Assembly (NCBI RefSeq): GCF_006345805.1
Contig: NC_043023.1
Span: 2,170,001-2,234,000 of the forward strand
Source of the DNA: Octopus sinensis
Taxonomy: Eukaryota
Direction of reading: 5' to 3'
DNA: 64,000 nt
The position numbers and the translations under genes were made by a program. Shown here piece by piece: positions 38,522 to 53,487 of this stretch. Every line of letters starts with the position of its first letter. Position 1 is the stretch's first letter. A model generated the notes under the pieces. It was given only the letters and a program-made list of their open reading frames with translations, did no database searches and was not told the origin of the DNA.

Positions 38522-39061
38522 ACACATATATATGTATATAAAATTACAAAGTGAGATAGGGGTTGTGAGTGTAACCCACTATGGGATATCATTTATCCAA
38601 TATACTGCCAGTAAAGTACCCAGAAAGGCTAATACATAAATGCTTACAATTACAATGCAATTAGTTCATTTATTGTATTCTATGGGCGAAGGTAAAATGT
38701 TTTACCTCAAATTCATAATACAAAATAAGAAAATAGAGGAATAGATTTCTTTCAATCATCAACTTACAGATAATACCAATTCATATGATTTATTAACTAA
38801 TTATTTAGATTTGGATTTGGATGTTCCTATTTAATCTAAATAATTAGTTAATAAATTATATGAATTGGTATTATCTGGAAGTTGATGATTAAAAGAAATC
38901 TATTCCTCTATTTTCTTATTTTGTATTATATATATATATATATATATTTGAGCACCATCCGAGCGTGATCATTGCCAGAGCAGCTAAATGGCTTCCGTGC
39001 TGGTGGAAAAATAAATGTATCCTATCTAAATTAATTATTACTTAACCATCCTCTCATGCCA

Positions 39062-39111
39062 TCTCTGATGAAGGGATATAATTAATAAATGTCCTGGAAA
39101 CAGCTGTAAGA
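39062..39111 (+). ncRNA. Minimal hammerhead-like motif of a second family (imperfect)
   Basis: UCU-CUGAUGA(39065)-A-GGGAUAU..AUGUCCU-G-GAAAC-AGCU-GUA-AGA. The core is intact, but stem I is only 3 bp and extra unpaired bases flank stem II. Confidence 0.5.
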
Positions 39112-39439
39112 CCTATCTATAAATGTTCTAATATCTACACAGCCTTGGTTTTTTATCTCATTACGCAAAAAATTCTTATATATATATGTACACACACAGA
39201 CACTGGTATTGAATAGTGGGAATGAATGTTAAATATTGCATTTATATATTCTTAATTTAAGAATCAATAAGGCAACCAATGGTTTCATGTGGAAGAGATC
39301 TCCACAATTATTCAAGCGAGCCCCTTGAAATACCAACATTTCCCAGTGGTTCACTCGAGCAATTGTGGAAATCCCTACCACATGAAACCTTTGGTTGTTT
39401 TGTTAATCTACAAATAAAGTGTTTGTGTGTATATCTCTC

Positions 39440-39816
39440 TCTATATAAACGACAGTTTGTCTGTGTGTGTGTCTGTGTGTCTGTTAGGTTGTACCCTCAC
39501 CCTGACCATGGCTTTCAACCGATTCTGATGAAACTTGACACACACATAGCCCAGTGTCATAATTAAAAACTAACGCAGCGAAAATTTTGAAAAGTTCCCC
39601 CAGTTCTGAAAAAATCGATAAATTTGACATGGGGTCGAGAATCAGAAACACAAACCACAGACTGTCTAGGGGACGCAACTCGACCTTTTTTACTCTCAAA
39701 AAAAATTTACCATAATTTTTTTTTCCACTTTTTGCTATTTTTTGGCTATAACTCTCTAAAAATGCTTTATAGTTATTTCCCTTACAAACCCGAGCAACGC
39801 CGGGCAATACTGCTAG
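39440..39816 (+). mobile_element. Non-autonomous Helitron
   Basis: 5' TCTATATA followed by a TGTC microsatellite, a 3' hairpin CCCG-AGCAACGC-CGGG (39789-39804), and a terminal CTAG followed by T. Confidence 0.75.
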
Positions 39817-40230
39817 TATATATATATATATACACACACATACATGCATATGTATATCTTTCAGGAATAACATACAAAGCAAAGACTAATAGACATCAAC
39901 AAATTATAAGCAACAAATCAATGGTTTTGAGAACAATATTCCAAACTGATATTGAACAATCTGTCATAGTTTCACCATCAACACTGTCACACTGTCATGT
40001 CATCAACAGTCACATTGACAACAGCACTGAATTGTCAACACTGACATGTTGTCAACACCACCACACTGTCAACATTATCCACTGGTTGAAAACTTCTAAA
40101 CAACGGATCTAGTGTTCTCGCAGAATACTAAGCAAATATAAAAATACTACTGAAGACTGTGTAAAGCACATATAAGGTGTGACTTATGTAGTACACCATG
40201 AAAGGAGATGAAAAATATCAGCACAATGAC

Positions 40231-40402
40231 AGGAGTGGCTGTGTGGTAAGTAGCTTGCTTACCAACCACATGGGTTCGGGTTCAGTCCCACTGCATGGCA
40301 CCTTGGGCAAATGTCTTCTGCTATAGCCTCGAGCCGACCAAAGCCTTTTGAGTGGATTTGGTAGATGGAAACTGAAAGACACCCATTGTGTATGTATGTG
40401 TA

Positions 40403-40440
<38 letters not shown>

Positions 40441-40800
40441 TGTATAGGCACAGGAGTGGCTGTGTGGTAAGTAGCTCGCTTACCAACCACATGGTTTTGG
40501 GTTCAGTCCCACTGCATGGCACCTTGGGCAAGTGTCTTCTACTATAGCCTCGGGCCAACCAAAGCCTTGTGAGTGGAGTTGGTAGACGGAAACTGAAAGA
40601 AGCCTGTCATATATATGTATATATATGTGTGTGTGTATATGTTTGTGCGTCTTTGTGTCTGTGTCAGTAAAAGAGACCGATAGAATAAGTACTGGGCTTA
40701 CAAAGAATAAGTACTGGGGTTGATTTGATTGACTAAAGGCGGTGCTCCAGCATGGCTGCAGTCAAATGACTGAAACAAGTAAAAGAGTAAAAAAGAGAGA
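40231..40800 (+). mobile_element. Family A SINE with a tandemly repeated head (heads at ~40231 and ~40447)
   Basis: Two near-identical heads separated by (TA)n, followed by one tail. Confidence 0.8.
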
Positions 40801-41589
40801 TAAAGCTGAAATATATCTTTAAAGAACAATAGCTTCTAGAATGGAATAAAATAGAACCAGATGTTGTACAAATGTACCTGGGGGTAATATAAAATATTAG
40901 AAGGGTTTTATAGATTGGCAGCAGGGGGGGGGACGATTTTAAAACTTTTTTATTTCATTCTTTGTTGTTTTCTGGAAGTGTTCTTTTTTTGTTTTGTTTT
41001 TTTTGGTAGTTTGCTTGTTTTTCTTTCACCTGTATCATTCAATTTACTTTCTTCCCTGCTTTCTTTCATTCTTTCTCTCTTTTTCTTTCTTACCATTTTT
41101 CATTCACTCTGTCTTTCTTTCTCACCTTTCATTCATACTTTCACTCATTCCTTCCTATTTTTGTATCTTTCTCTTCCTTACTTTTCCTTTCATTGTATGT
41201 TTCTTTCTTTCACTATCTCCATTTCTTCTCACTTTCTTTCTTTCTCCCTCATTTTTTCTTTCTTTCATTCCTTCTTCCTTCCACATTTTTCTCTCCTTCC
41301 TTTCTTTCTTCCTCTGTTTTTCTCTTTTTCATTTTCTCTCACACTCCCCACCTTTCTTTGCAAAGGTTTCGAAAGAATGAAAGAACAGAAGAAGAATAAA
41401 AGAAAAAGAAAAAATTAAATAGCAGAAGATAAATTGACTGAGGCAGATGACCAAGGGAAAACATGAACTGGAAGAAGGAGACAGCATTTTGAAGACAGAA
41501 AATATATGAATACCATTGAGAAGGAAAATATACAGATGACTAGTGACCGATACCTTTGGCGACATGCCATCCTTGAGAAGACCTGTCAA

Positions 41590-42103
41590 GGGAAATTGCA
41601 GTTATGGCTGATTCTAGTGTTGCTTAACTGGCACCTGTGCCAGTGGCATGTAAAAAGCATCCTTTGAATGTTGGGTCTCCTGGAGGCAATGATTAGTGAC
41701 CGAGAACTTTGGCAACATGCCATCCTTGAGAAGACATGTCAAGACAAATGAAATTACAGTCATGGCCGATTTCAGTGTTGCTTAACTGGCACCTGTGCCA
41801 GTGGCACATAAAAAGCACCCTTCAAACATTGGGCCACATGGAGGCAGCAACTGAGATCTTTGGCTATACACCATGCTTGAGAAGATCGTAGTCATGGCCA
41901 ATGCCAGTGTTAAGTAACTGACACGTAAAAAGGATCTGCTACACTCTTGGAAGAGTTGGGATTATGAAGAGCATCCAGTCATAGAAACCATCCCAAATGA
42001 AATTGGAACAAGGTGCAGCTCCCCAGCTTCCCAGTTTTCAGTCAAACCGTCCAACCCATGCCAGCATGGAAAACAGACGTTAAAATACGATGATGATGAT
42101 TAT
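41590..42103 (+). mobile_element. Family D retroposon (diverged, internal duplication)
   Basis: Ends CCGTCCAACCCATGCCAGCATGGAAAACAGACGTTAAAATACGATGATG. Confidence 0.65.
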
Positions 42104-42569
42104 GAATGACAAAGAAGTGGTTCTGAGGAAAATAATAACTGGTATCACAATTCCAGCAGCTGAGAGGGAAGTGTCATAGTTAGAAGAGTGATGTAGGGAT
42201 GTGTATTAAGAAGATGAGTCTTGGGGAAGACTTGACAGGAATAGACAGGGAAAAGGGGGCCATAAACAAAATCAATATAGTTTTAGGACCTTGTTTTTCT
42301 GAGATTGATCATCTTGAATACAACAAATAATCAACCACTTCAGTTGTTTGTCATCTTTTCCATGATGATCAGAATCTGAAATCAGTCTTCATCACTTGGT
42401 TCCATGTTGTTGCTCTTCTTCCATAAGTCCTAGCTTGCTTACCAACCACATGGTTTCGGGTTCAGTCCCCCTGCGTGGCACCTTGGGCAAGTATCTTCTA
42501 CTAAAGCCTTGTGAGTGGATTTGGTTGACGGAAACTGAAAGAAGCCCGTTGTATATATGTATATATATA

Positions 42570-42600
<31 letters not shown>

Positions 42601-43351
42601 GGAAATGAAGAAAATGCTGACAAAATAATTTAAGTAAGGGAGAGTGTATTTAATTAGGTGAAAGTTCATTTTTTAAACAAAAAAAGAGAAAAATTGGGTT
42701 AGAATACAATGTTCATTTTTTGTGAATGATTTCAGTGTATAAGAAAAAAAGTAAGAGTCTTTTACAGTGTTCTGTTTCAGAATAAGATATTTAGTAAAAC
42801 CGTGTAATATACAGTTTTTTGTGGAAAAGTTCAATGTCAGATTTCAGTGTAGAATAAAAAAAGTAAGAGTTTACCGGTTGCGCATTTGTTATGCTTATCA
42901 AAAGATATTTTGAGTGAGATAGAGTTCCTTTCTGATTGATTTTTTTCTCTTATCTGACTTTATGTTGGGTTTGCTGTCTCTTATATGTGAAAAAATAGGC
43001 TCCAGAGGTGTTTAAGATTTGCTTGGTTTTGCGCCTAAAATTTCTTGTGGACAATGGTCAATACAATTTTGATTGGTCATTATAAAGGGGTCACGTGAAT
43101 GTTTGAATGGAAGTTGGTGTTGGGGTAAGAAAATAGGCTCCAGAGATGTTAAAATTTGGCCAAATTAGGGGTCCCAGGGACATCATCATGCATACAGCCA
43201 ACCAGGTCCACCAGTGTTCTCCATCACTGGCAGTCCCATGCCAGCCCCTCTGCAGCCTCCAGGGTAACATCAAGCCTCTAGAGTTCTTCCCTAATTATGT
43301 CCAGCCATCTGGAGAATTATATTCAAATAGATGTGGTATGCTCTGTTTCAT

Positions 43352-43780
43352 CACCATCATCATCATCGTTTAACGTCTGCTTTCCATGCTAGCATGGGTT
43401 GGATGAATGACTGAGGGCTGGCGAACCAGATGGCTGCACCAGGCTCCAATCTTGATCTGGCAGAGTTCCCACAGCTGGATGCCCTTCCTCTCCAAGAGCG
43501 TAGTGGGTGCTTTTATGTGCCACCAGCACGGGGGCCAGTCAGGTGGTACTGGCAACGACCTCGCTCGAATCTTTTACACATGCCACCACCACAGGTGCTA
43601 GTAAGGCGATGCTGGTAACGATCATGCTCGAATGGTGCCTTTTAACTGTCACTGGCACTGAAGTCAGCTGCTCTGTCAGTGATCACACTCGTGTGGTGTT
43701 CTTTGCACCCTGCTAGCACAGACGCCAGTCATCGAATTTGATTTTGATTTCACTTGCCTCAACAGGTCTTTGCAAGCAGA
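43352..43780 (-). mobile_element. Family D retroposon
   Basis: Same tail and internal motifs. Confidence 0.7.
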
Positions 43781-44289
43781 GTTTTAGTGTCCAAAGAACA
43801 CTAAAGGTTACTAATATCAGGAAGATTACATACCCTTCAAATGAAGGCGAGATCAGGAATTTGAAATTGAAATTGAGGACTTCGAGAAAGAGGAGAAATG
43901 GAAACCACATATTTAATTTTGTTTTGTCTATCATGAAGTTCTTACAGTTGCTATTTGGTGATAATCGTGTTATAGGATGTTTTCATTCTTTTTACAAGTC
44001 TTCAGCATGATTTTACCTGAAAATTGTTAATTAGATATTTTATGAACGAAGTTTATATTTCATTAAAATGAAAAATGAAGTAAACACTTCATTGTGGTGC
44101 CCCAGTATGGCCACAATCCAATGACTAAAACAAGTCATCATCATCATCATAACAGATGTTGGCACCATTACAACCATCATAAACATAATTGTCATCATCA
44201 TCACCATCATCAACATCTTCAGTACCAATATCACTATCATCATCATCATCATAGTAATTATGACTACCACCATCATTACTCTGATGATT

Positions 44290-45390
44290 ATCTTCTGGAA
44301 TTATTATCAATATTGTCACTATCACCAAAGTCATCCCTCCCATAGCCACCACCACTGCTAGCACATTCAGCATGACTGTAACTACCACCAACCCCACAAA
44401 TGACACCACTACCACCGTCTCCACCATCTACAACACAACTACCACCAAAACTATCTTCACCATCACAACTATTATTATCATTACCACTACAACCACCATC
44501 CTCACCACCACCACCACCATCATCATCATCACAGCCAACGAAACCACCACCACCACTGTTATCACGATCACCATCACTACCATCATTGCCAACGACATCA
44601 CCACCACAACCACCATCCTCACTACCACCACCACCACTATCATCATCATCATCATCATCATCACAACCATCACAGCCAACGAAACCACCACCACTATCAT
44701 CATCATCATCATCACAACCATCACTTTCAACAACATCACTACCACCATCATCATCATCATCATCATCACTGCCAATGAAACCACTACAACCACCACCATC
44801 ACTGTTATCACAATCATCATCATCATCATCACCACCATCGCGGCCAACGACATCACCGCTACAACCACCATCCTCATCACCACCATCATCATCATCACAA
44901 TCATCACTGCCATTGAAATCATCACCACCACTACCACCATCCTCACCACCACCATCCTCACCACCATCATCATCATCACCACCATCACTGCCAACATCAT
45001 CGCCACTACAACCACCATTCTCACTACCACCACCACCATCATCATCATCACAACCATCACTGCCAATGAAACCGACACCACTGTTATCACAGTTACCTTC
45101 ATCATCATCACCATCAATGCCAACGACATCACCACCACAACCACTATCCTTACGACCACCACCACCACCATCCTCACCACCACCATCAACACCATCATCA
45201 TCATCATCACAACCATCACAGCCAACGAAACCACCACCACCACTGTTATCACCATCACCCTCACCACCATCACCGCCAATCACACCACCCACCTTCACAC
45301 TCACACCACTTCCGCCATTGCCATCATCACCTCCACTACCACCATCACACCCCACCACCACACCCCACCACACAACCACAACCACCACCA
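44290..45390. repeat. Compound (CAC/CAT)n low-complexity tract with recurring submotifs
   Basis: Trinucleotide-rich tract with recurrent GCCAACGAAACCACC and GCCAACGACATCACC. Similar tracts occur at ~21410-22000, 22770-23220, 24600-25540, 47640-48760, 53830-54320 and 59000-59500. Confidence 0.85.
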
Positions 45391-45640
45391 TTTATGTTAT
45401 CGTTTCACTTCCAATTCCTTTTCACCTGTTGCTGTAAACCAATTCTTCTGTCCTCTCCCCCACCCCTCCACTACCTTACCCCACCTGCCCACCCCTCTTA
45501 CCTATCCTCTCTAGCCTCAAGCCATACCATTATATATTTATGTATGCATACATGTGTGCCCATGTGTATGTGTGTGTGTGTGTGTGTGATTGTATATGTA
45601 TATATATATCTTTATATATATATGCATATATAATATAAAG

Positions 45641-45701
<61 letters not shown>

Positions 45702-46240
45702 ATATATATGCATGTAATGTGTGTATACATATATATATATATACACACATACATATATATACACATTCCATATATATATATATACACATGCACACATACA
45801 CACACACTTACACATGTATACATACACATACATATATATACACACATTCCATATATATATATATATATATATTTTTTTTTTTCTAGTTTCGGCTCACGAG
45901 ATGTGACCATGCTGGGGCACTGTGTGTATATATATTTATATATTATATATATACATATGCACACATATATACACAAATAGATATATAAACACATGCATTT
46001 ATATATATATATAATATATATAATATATATAATATATATATATATATACACACATACAGATATATATATATATGTATGTATGTACATACAGACACATTTG
46101 TATATATATTTATAGATATATGCACGTTTATACAAAGGTGCATTTCTGTATGCATATACATCATAATATGTATATATGTGTGTATATATATGTACACACA
46201 CACACACACACATATATATACACACTAACTCATTTGTATT

Positions 46241-46271
<31 letters not shown>

Positions 46272-47090
46272 TTATATCTATCTATCCATCTGTCTGTCTG
46301 TCTTTCTGTTTGTTTATGTGTGTATAAAGATATATGTATCATGTGTGTGTGTGTGTGTGTGTGTGTAAAGGTGTATGTATTCGCACACACACTCACACAC
46401 AAACAAAATATACATTGACTTAACACTTCTAAATCCCTCCCCCACCCTCTCTATGCCTCTCCCTTCTCTACTTCACACTCCCCCCTTTTTTTCACTTGTT
46501 GCCCTTTTTGAACTCTACCCCTCCCCACCCCAACCTTACTCCTTTTTAACTCTTTTGTTCTCACCTGTCAAACCCCACCTCTCACATCTCACCTCTTTAT
46601 AGTCTCAATGCCTTTATTCTTCTTCTTCTTCTTCTTCTTCTTCTTCTTCTTCTTCTTCTTCTTCTTCTTCTTCTTCTTCCATAAGACACACATCTATGTA
46701 TAATCTGTATGTGTATATATGCTGGGATATATGTGTGTGTATATATACACATATACATAGTATATATTGCTGTGTATATATAGTATATATGTATATATAT
46801 ATGTATATAGTATATATTTGTATGTGTGTATATATATATATAGTGAGAGAAAGAGAGAGAGAGGGAGAGAGAGAGAGAGCATTTATATATATATATATGT
46901 ACTATATATATATGTACTATATATATATATGTACTATGTATATATATGTATATATATATATATATATGTTTATATATATGTATATAATATACATTTTTAT
47001 ATACATATAATATATGTATACATTGATTTATATCTATATATATAATATATAAATGTAAATGTATATATATAATCTATCTATATATATATA

Positions 47091-47129
<39 letters not shown>

Positions 47130-47715
47130 CACATATATACATGCACACACCTTTACATATAAATGTATGTATATATCCAATTCTCATACAACAGAACTGT
47201 TATTCCATCTATACACATATATAAAGACAAACATTCACGTGTGTGTGTGTGTGTGTGTGTTTGACACCTTTCTGCACATCACTAACCTTCACTTTTTCTT
47301 GTTTCTCTCCTTGTATCAACTAAGCACCTGGTCCAGTGATACCTGCAACAACCACTTGCCCCTATGTGACATCCTTGACTGCCAGAAATAGTAACTAAAC
47401 TTCCCTTAACCCATATCTGACTGTGCTTACAAATGTAAGTGTTATGATAAGGATTTGAGTTTCCAGCATACAGGTAACTGTTGGGATGGTCACAAATGGA
47501 TTGCACTTGGTGAGAGGAGTGTGCGTGGTGTATCATTGTTGGCCTGGGGTTAAACAACAACACTAATAGTGGAAACTACAATAATGACCATCACTGCTAC
47601 CTTTGTTGATTGGAATGACCTCACCTTCATCATGAAGAATAACTCATCATCATCGCCACCACCACCATATCATTAATGCTACCTACACCATCATCACCTC
47701 CATCATCTCTACCAT

Positions 47716-47766
<51 letters not shown>

Positions 47767-49079
47767 GACTACTACTATCATCACCACCACCACCATCATT
47801 GTCACCATCATCATCTTTACCATCATTACCACAACCAGCATCACCATCATCATAACCATCGTCAACACTACCATCACAACCACCTCAAGCACCATGACAA
47901 CTGTCACAAACGCCACCACTAACATCAGCACCATCACCACAACAACCATCACAGCCACCATCAACCACCAACACCACCACAAACAACACCGTCAAAACCA
48001 CTACCATCACAACCACCTCAAAAACCATGACAACAACTACCACAATTGCCACAAACACCACCATCAACACCATCACCACCACCATCAACACTATCACCAC
48101 CATCAACACCATCACCACCACCATCAACACTATCACCACCATCAACACCATCACCACCACCATCAACACTATCACCACCATCAATACTATCACCACCATC
48201 AACACTATCACCACCATCAACACCATCACCACCACCATCAACACTATCACCACCATCAATACTATCACCACCATCAACACCATCACCACCATCAACACCA
48301 TCACCACCACCATCAACACTATCACCACCATCAACACTATCACCACCACCATCAACACCATCACCACCATCAACACTATCACCACCATCAACACCAACAC
48401 CACCATCAACATCATCACTAGAACAACCATCACAACCACCATCAACCACAAACAACACCACCAAAACCATTACCACCACAAACACCACCACCACTACCAT
48501 CAGCACATCAACTCAATTATCACCACCGTCACCAAATCTTCCGACACCACTCCTCTTCTCCACTCTGTCCTATGTAGTCATTCAATGCCCAACACCATCG
48601 CCACCACCACTATGCTACTGCCCACACACCATCTATATGCTTCAAACACCACCGTTGCTACAACCTCCACTTTCACCACCACCTCCACCACCATCACCAC
48701 AGTCATCACCGCCACGACCACCACCGCCTACCACCACCGCCGCCACCAGCATTAACACTCTATCTACCAGTTCCTGCCACCTGCTGCTAAGGTTTCGAAT
48801 CTATCACTTTTAGACATTAAGATTCCTGTAACACCTTCCATATCTTGTGTTCTTGGAAGAAGGGAGTGGATGACTAACAAGACACACACACACACACACA
48901 CACACATATAGAGACATGCACACACACATACACACACACAGACATATACATATAATCATATATGTATGTATTTACATATATATATCTGTATATATATTTG
49001 TATATATATGTACACGCATATGTATGTATATATGTATATATATATATATACACATATATATACATGTATATGCATATGC

Positions 49080-49115
<36 letters not shown>

Positions 49116-50452
49116 ACATATATATGTATGTATATATATATACATATATACATACATATATATGTATATACATATATATATACATAAATGTATGTATATA
49201 TACATATATAAATACATATATATATACATATATGTATACATATGTATGTATATATATTATATATACATATATACATACATATATATATATGTATACACAT
49301 ATATACATATATATGCATACATGTATATGTATAAATATATATACAAATATATATTTATGTATACATAGATATTTATGTATATATATCTATACACACAATA
49401 TATATGTGTATATAGATATTTATATATATATATAGACATATATCTATATATGTATACATACATACATATATATATATATATCACTCACATATATATATAT
49501 ATATATATATAATATATATATATATGTATACAATATGCATATATAATATACATTTATATTACGTATATATATATATATGTATGCATCTATATGATATATA
49601 TATATATATATATATACATATATATGTATATGTATATATATATACATATATATATATGTATATATATATATCTATATATTCACATGTATATGTATATATA
49701 TATAATATGTGTGTGTGTGTGTATACATATATTCACATATATGTATGTATGCATATATCCACATATATGTGTATACTTATATATGTATATGTACACACAC
49801 AAGTATTTAAATACAGGAAAGAGGATAAAAGAGGGACAAGAAATGATGGTTGCAAAAGTTGGGAATGAAAATCTGAGCAATAACGAAGTTGGTGATGGTG
49901 ATGAGAGATAGACAGAAGGGGTGGAGTGGCGCTGGTGGTGCGGTCGCTGACAGAAACTGGCTCTTTTCTCAAGTGGAAGTTTGAGAGAAAAATTTAATAA
50001 TATATGCGTGATATATATTTATGTGTATATATATTTATACATACATATAAATACACAGATTTTTAAAAAATGTTTTTATACCATATTTATACATACACAC
50101 ACACAGACATATACACACAGACATATACACACACATATATATATATAAGCATACACACACACACACATATATATAAGCATATAAACATGTATGAATCTAC
50201 AATCACAGATGTGTAGTATACATAAAATATACACATTTATATATATATATATATTTGTATACGTATACATATATTATATATGTACTTACACACATATATG
50301 TATGTGTGTGCATATATATATGTATATATATATATATATATGTGTGTGTGTATGTGTGTGTGTGTATAGGTGACATTTATAAATACTGCTTAAGATACAT
50401 ACATATATAAATATATATATATATTATCATATAAATATATATGTATGTATAT

Positions 50453-50490
<38 letters not shown>

Positions 50491-51792
50491 TCTCATATAT
50501 ATACATACACACATATATATACTTATGCACACACACACACACACACATATATATATACTCATAGCTAATGATATATACGCATATATATGTATATTCTCAT
50601 ATATATATATACATACACACACACACACATATATATATATACTTATGGACACACACACATATATACTCATGGCTAATGATAAGTACACATATCAACCATA
50701 CAAACACACACATGCACACACAACCCATAAAGACACACATACACACACGGACACCGAAACACACATCTACACGTATCAATCATGTTTTCAACAACATTCC
50801 CACTTGTTATTGAGAAACTTAAAAACCAAAACGAAACTATATAAAGACAAAAAAAAAAGAATTAAAAATAAAATAAAATAATAATGAATATACACAAAAA
50901 AATAATAATAATAATACAAAAATCCAGCAGCAACAAAAACACAAAAAAGAAATTGATAAAAGGTAAAAAAAAAAAAAGGGACATCTTCGCAGCTTAGACA
51001 GATTCATATTGCCAAATTATAGCTAAAACAAGAAGAATTCTTTAGGCTAGGAAAGGCATTGTAAATTACATTTAAGGAGCATAAGTACTGCTGCTGAAAT
51101 TACTACTGCCGCTGCTACTGCTGCTTCCAACCACTTGTAGTAGTAGTAGTGGTGGTGGTTTTAGTTGTAGTAGGAGTAGATGTATGCGGTGCTGCGATAT
51201 TATACAGATGAATTAAGAGTTACAGCACCTGTTTTTGTTTTGTTGTTTTTTTGTTTTGTGTGTGTGGATTTTAGGTGTTACCGGTTTCTTTTTGTCTTTT
51301 TGTATGATTTTATTTTTGGTATTGTGATTTTAATCTCGTTCTTATTTCGATTGTGGTTGCACCGTGGTTTCTTTTATCCATTTGAGGATTTCGTTATATA
51401 TTCTATGCAGAAAGGTGTTCCTTAATTGTCAGCAGTGTATGTGTATGCGTGTGTCTTTGTGTTTGTGTATGTGTACATACCTGAGTATATATATGTGTGT
51501 ATGTATGTACACATATATATGTAAATTATGCATTATATGCACATACGTATGTACTATATATATGTATATGTATGTATATATATATATATATATACACATA
51601 TATATATGTACCTGTATGTATTATGTGTGCATATTTATATATGTATATACATATATGCAAATACATATACATACATATTATATATATATATATTTATTTA
51701 TACACACACATATTGCCTATATGTCTGTGTGTGTTTGTGTAAAACTATGAGTATATATATATGTAAATTATGCAATACGTTATATATATATA

Positions 51793-51831
<39 letters not shown>

Positions 51832-52779
51832 ATATGTATATATATATATATATATAATGATATATATATAATATATATATATATATAGGTATGTACATAT
51901 ATGTATGTATATATGCATATATTGATATATTATATTATATGATCGAATGGCACGCATCCTTTTCCAAGTAACTCTTATCTATATATATATATATACCTGT
52001 ATGTATAATGTGTGTGTGTTTATATATGTATATACATATGTGCATATACATATATATATATATATGTATGCATATTGCTTATATATCTGTGTGTGTATAA
52101 AATGAAAAGGTTCCTGCAAATCTCCTGTGGTTTGCTTCTTTAACTAAATTTGTGGGAAGAATAAACTCTCTGTGGGACATTTAGGTTTTATAACTGATAA
52201 GATACAAGTGGGGAACACCTTAAAAAACATACACATATACGCACATGTGTGTATGTGCGAGTAGATATGATTTAAGTTGATTGAATATGCAAAAAAAGGA
52301 ACTCTGTTCTAAATATTAAAGTACATATAACCATGGATTAAAGTACAGGGCCTTGTGCGTATTATTTGCTTTTCACTTACGTCTAGTTTTCGTTGTTTGC
52401 ATGGGTCAGATGGATGCTACTTTTTAGATTTTCTACAGCTGGATGATCTTCCTGTTGCTAACACTCATCGGCTTCTTCAGTGAAGTAATATTTTCTCATC
52501 ACCAGTCATGTTTCTTGCAGGATATTTGAAATGAATGGAACTCTTTGTATGATGGTGACATCCTTTTACAACTATCTTGCAATGTCTAGAAGAGATGGTG
52601 GCTGCCCCCTCGTTATCGAGTATGGTCATTGCACGAAGTTTAATCAATGTTGTTATCGTGCAATGCCTGTGCAAGAAGATTTTTTTTAAAGTGAGGAAAG
52701 GCTGTGCGCTGAGTCAATCCCACTCACTAAGTAACAGCAGCCATAATCCGAAAAGATCAAGAAGTCAACATCATCGGTA

Positions 52780-53150
52780 ACCACTGAGCCGCAGGTTATA
52801 TGTCGGAGTTATCCCAGTTACCTGAGTTACCCTCTCCTAGAAGGATGCCCTAACAAAGGCTAGGAGCCCTTCACTCCCAATGGTTTAACCGCGCGATTGG
52901 GTACTCAGTCCGATTATTTCTATGTTCCCGTGCATGATACATCCTTAAGACATTTATTGGATGGCCGTTAACTCTTAAGAGTTCCTCCGCCCTTTGACGG
53001 GTTTTGTTTTTCATCCTGCAGGGTGTCCAATAAACACCCTCCTCACCAAGCAATCTTGGTGGGGTTGCTGGTTTAGTTGCTGATGACCTGACCATGCAAC
53101 AAGTTGTACTGGGTTACATGTTACCAGTAGCACACGAAAGTGACCTGACA
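52780..53150 (-). mobile_element. Probable 5' UTR fragment of an RTE-type LINE
   Basis: Minus-strand GGGGCATCCTTCTAGGAGAGGGTAACTC..AACCTGCGG resembles RTE 5' UTR motifs. This is recalled similarity only. Confidence 0.35.
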
Positions 53151-53254
53151 CACCAGAAGAGGTACAAGCATACTTACAATCACATTCGTATATGGGACAG
53201 GCTCAGATGGACATGAATGTGTGTTAGAAAAATACAAGAGAAAAGAGGACATCT

Positions 53255-53487
53255 TATTTCTTTATTGCCCACAAAGGGATAAATATAGAGGGGACAAATA
53301 AGGACAGGCAAAGGGATTAAGTCGATCACAACGACACCAGTGCGTAACTGGTACTTAATTTATCAACCCCGAAAGGATGAAAGGCAAAGTCAACCTCGGC
53401 GGAATTTGAACTCAGAACACAACGGCAGACGAAATAACGCTAAGCATTTAGCCCAGCATGCTAACGTTTCTGCCAGCTCGCCGCCTT
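53255..53487 (-). mobile_element. tRNA-headed SINE (family B; probably octopus OK/OR2-type) with a perfect 20-bp TSD
   Basis: Head GGCGGCGAGCTGGCAGAAACGTTAGC..GAGTTCAAATTCCGCC. TSD CAAGAGAAAAGAGGACATCT at 53235-53254 and 53488-53507. Confidence 0.85.

Noticed and set aside
53040-53160. HDV-like ribozyme in the putative RTE 5' UTR
   Set aside because: Partial elements (CUGGU/ACCAG, CUAA) were seen, but a canonical nested double pseudoknot could not be assembled by eye. An Infernal search would decide it.
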